DNA of 64,000 nucleotides from an uncultured cyanobacterium (GTDB lineage Bacteria; Cyanobacteriota; Cyanobacteriia; Cyanobacteriales; CAWCAG01): NCBI GenBank assembly GCA_963793425.1, contig CAWCAG010000009.1, positions 224,001 to 288,000 of the forward strand, read 5' to 3'. Shown piece by piece: positions 63,147 to 64,000 of this stretch (position 1 is its first letter; each line of letters starts with the position of its first letter). The notes under the pieces were generated by a model. It saw only the letters and a program-made list of their open reading frames with translations, ran no database searches and was not told where the DNA came from. The position numbers and the translations under genes were made by a program.

Positions 63147-63273
63147 GTAGGGTGTGTTGGCGCTGCGAAAAATTATGGCAACTCTACCACAATCTTGATT
63201 CAGCGCTTAACGCACCGTCTTAGCTTTTTTGCTTCAAGATGGTGCGTTACGCTTGCAGCTAACGACACCCTAC
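63147..63273. repeat. REP doublet (REPIN/BIME-like, GTAG family)
   Basis: GTAGGGTGTGTT...AACGCACC / GGTGCGTTA...AACGACACCCTAC nested inverted repeats. Confidence 0.78.
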
Positions 63274-63407
63274 AAACTACAGATAAGAAACAACAAAAAC
63301 CTCCCCTCGACCTCTCTCCCTTACCTCTGCCAAAGCCCTTGACAGATTGCGTTTTGGCTTAACTTGTCACGATTGCTTGCTAGGTTACACTGATGATTGT
63401 TCATTGT

Positions 63408-64000
63408 TCATTGTTCATTGATAACTGATGTTGGTGTGAAGCCGTTTTCTTGTAGTTGTTTTGCCCCTTCCTTACTGAAAGCAAAGTTAAGAAACTCAGA
63501 AGTTGCTTTTGCTGGGGTAGGGTTGTAAATAATACCAATATTGCGTACCATTTTATACTTATTGGCTTCAACATTAGCTGCGGTAGGCTCAACCCCATTA
63601 AGACTAAGACGATTAACTGATGAATTATTAGCGATCGCATAGGCAAGGGAAAAAGCACCGATACTGTGGGGAGTATCTTCCACTGCCTCAATTAATTCCC
63701 CTTCTTGGCGCATAATTATTGCTTCTGGGGCATTCTTAAGCTCTTTACCCAAATAGTATTCCCTTAACAGACGCTTTCCTGACTCATCCTCCGGTCGATC
63801 CAACAGGACGATTTCTGCATCTGGCCCCCCCACTTCTTGCCAATTAGTGATCTTTCCACTATAAATATCCTTAAGTTGCTCTGTTTGCAAATTGTTTACC
63901 CCGGTAACACTAGGATGGGTAGCAACTATCAAAGCATCTTTAGCTAATTCCCGGTAGGCAATAGAATCACTTTCTTCTTGGGGCTTTAAATTTCTACTCA
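63408..64000 (-). CDS. PstS-like (PBP_like_2) substrate-binding protein, 3' part
   Basis: DIYSGKITNWQEVGGPDAEIVLLDRPEDES; open to the window edge. Confidence 0.85.
   Translation of the reverse strand, partial: SRNLKPQEESDSIAYRELAKDALIVATHPSVTGVNNLQTEQLKDIYSGKITNWQEVGGPDAEIVLLDRPEDESGKRLLREYYLGKELKNAPEAIIMRQEGELIEAVEDTPHSIGAFSLAYAIANNSSVNRLSLNGVEPTAANVEANKYKMVRNIGIIYNPTPAKATSEFLNFAFSKEGAKQLQENGFTPTSVINEQ

Noticed and set aside
63078..63362. 94-aa ORF
   Set aside because: It runs through REP palindromes and is probably spurious.
5295..63691. Numerous 60-110-aa ORFs nested in or antisense to long genes (e.g. 6695, 11845, 14934, 34190, 41494, 53199, 62389)
   Set aside because: Shadow ORFs of well-supported genes with no motifs.

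Overview
This is a 64-kb chromosomal window from a cyanobacterium. The evidence is abundant HIP1 GCGATCGC octamers, heptamer STRR repeats, hli, sigG, hpsE and XisH/XisI. The housekeeping backbone comprises sir (partial), aroE, sigA/rpoD, clpB, pilD, leuB, tRNA-Ser(CGA), comEC, cbiET, sigG with its anti-sigma factor, ggt, mnmH and a PstS-like protein. Accessory or decaying DNA is interleaved with it: two internally deleted IS200/IS605 tnpB remnants that keep their right ends, several genes with internal deletions, and several single-base frameshifts that may be sequencing errors. The most notable observations are: (1) a ~165-bp ungapped intergenic element present three times, with face-to-face sigma70-like promoters, a covarying hairpin and two small palindromes, which is a candidate dispersed ncRNA or regulatory family; (2) tandem NrdR-like boxes directly upstream of a chromosomal CyRepA1-family primase-helicase; (3) a PLD-SNF2 helicase plus adenine MTase-TRD-Schlafen/AlbA defence-like module split by TPR and XisHI genes; (4) an NPC-repeat Cys lipoprotein / cysteine-dioxygenase cupin / HAMP kinase locus with 11-bp-periodic operators; and (5) a signal-less SH3-M15 peptidase with an eCIS-cargo-like N-terminus. 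All family assignments come from motif recognition by eye; no searches were run.
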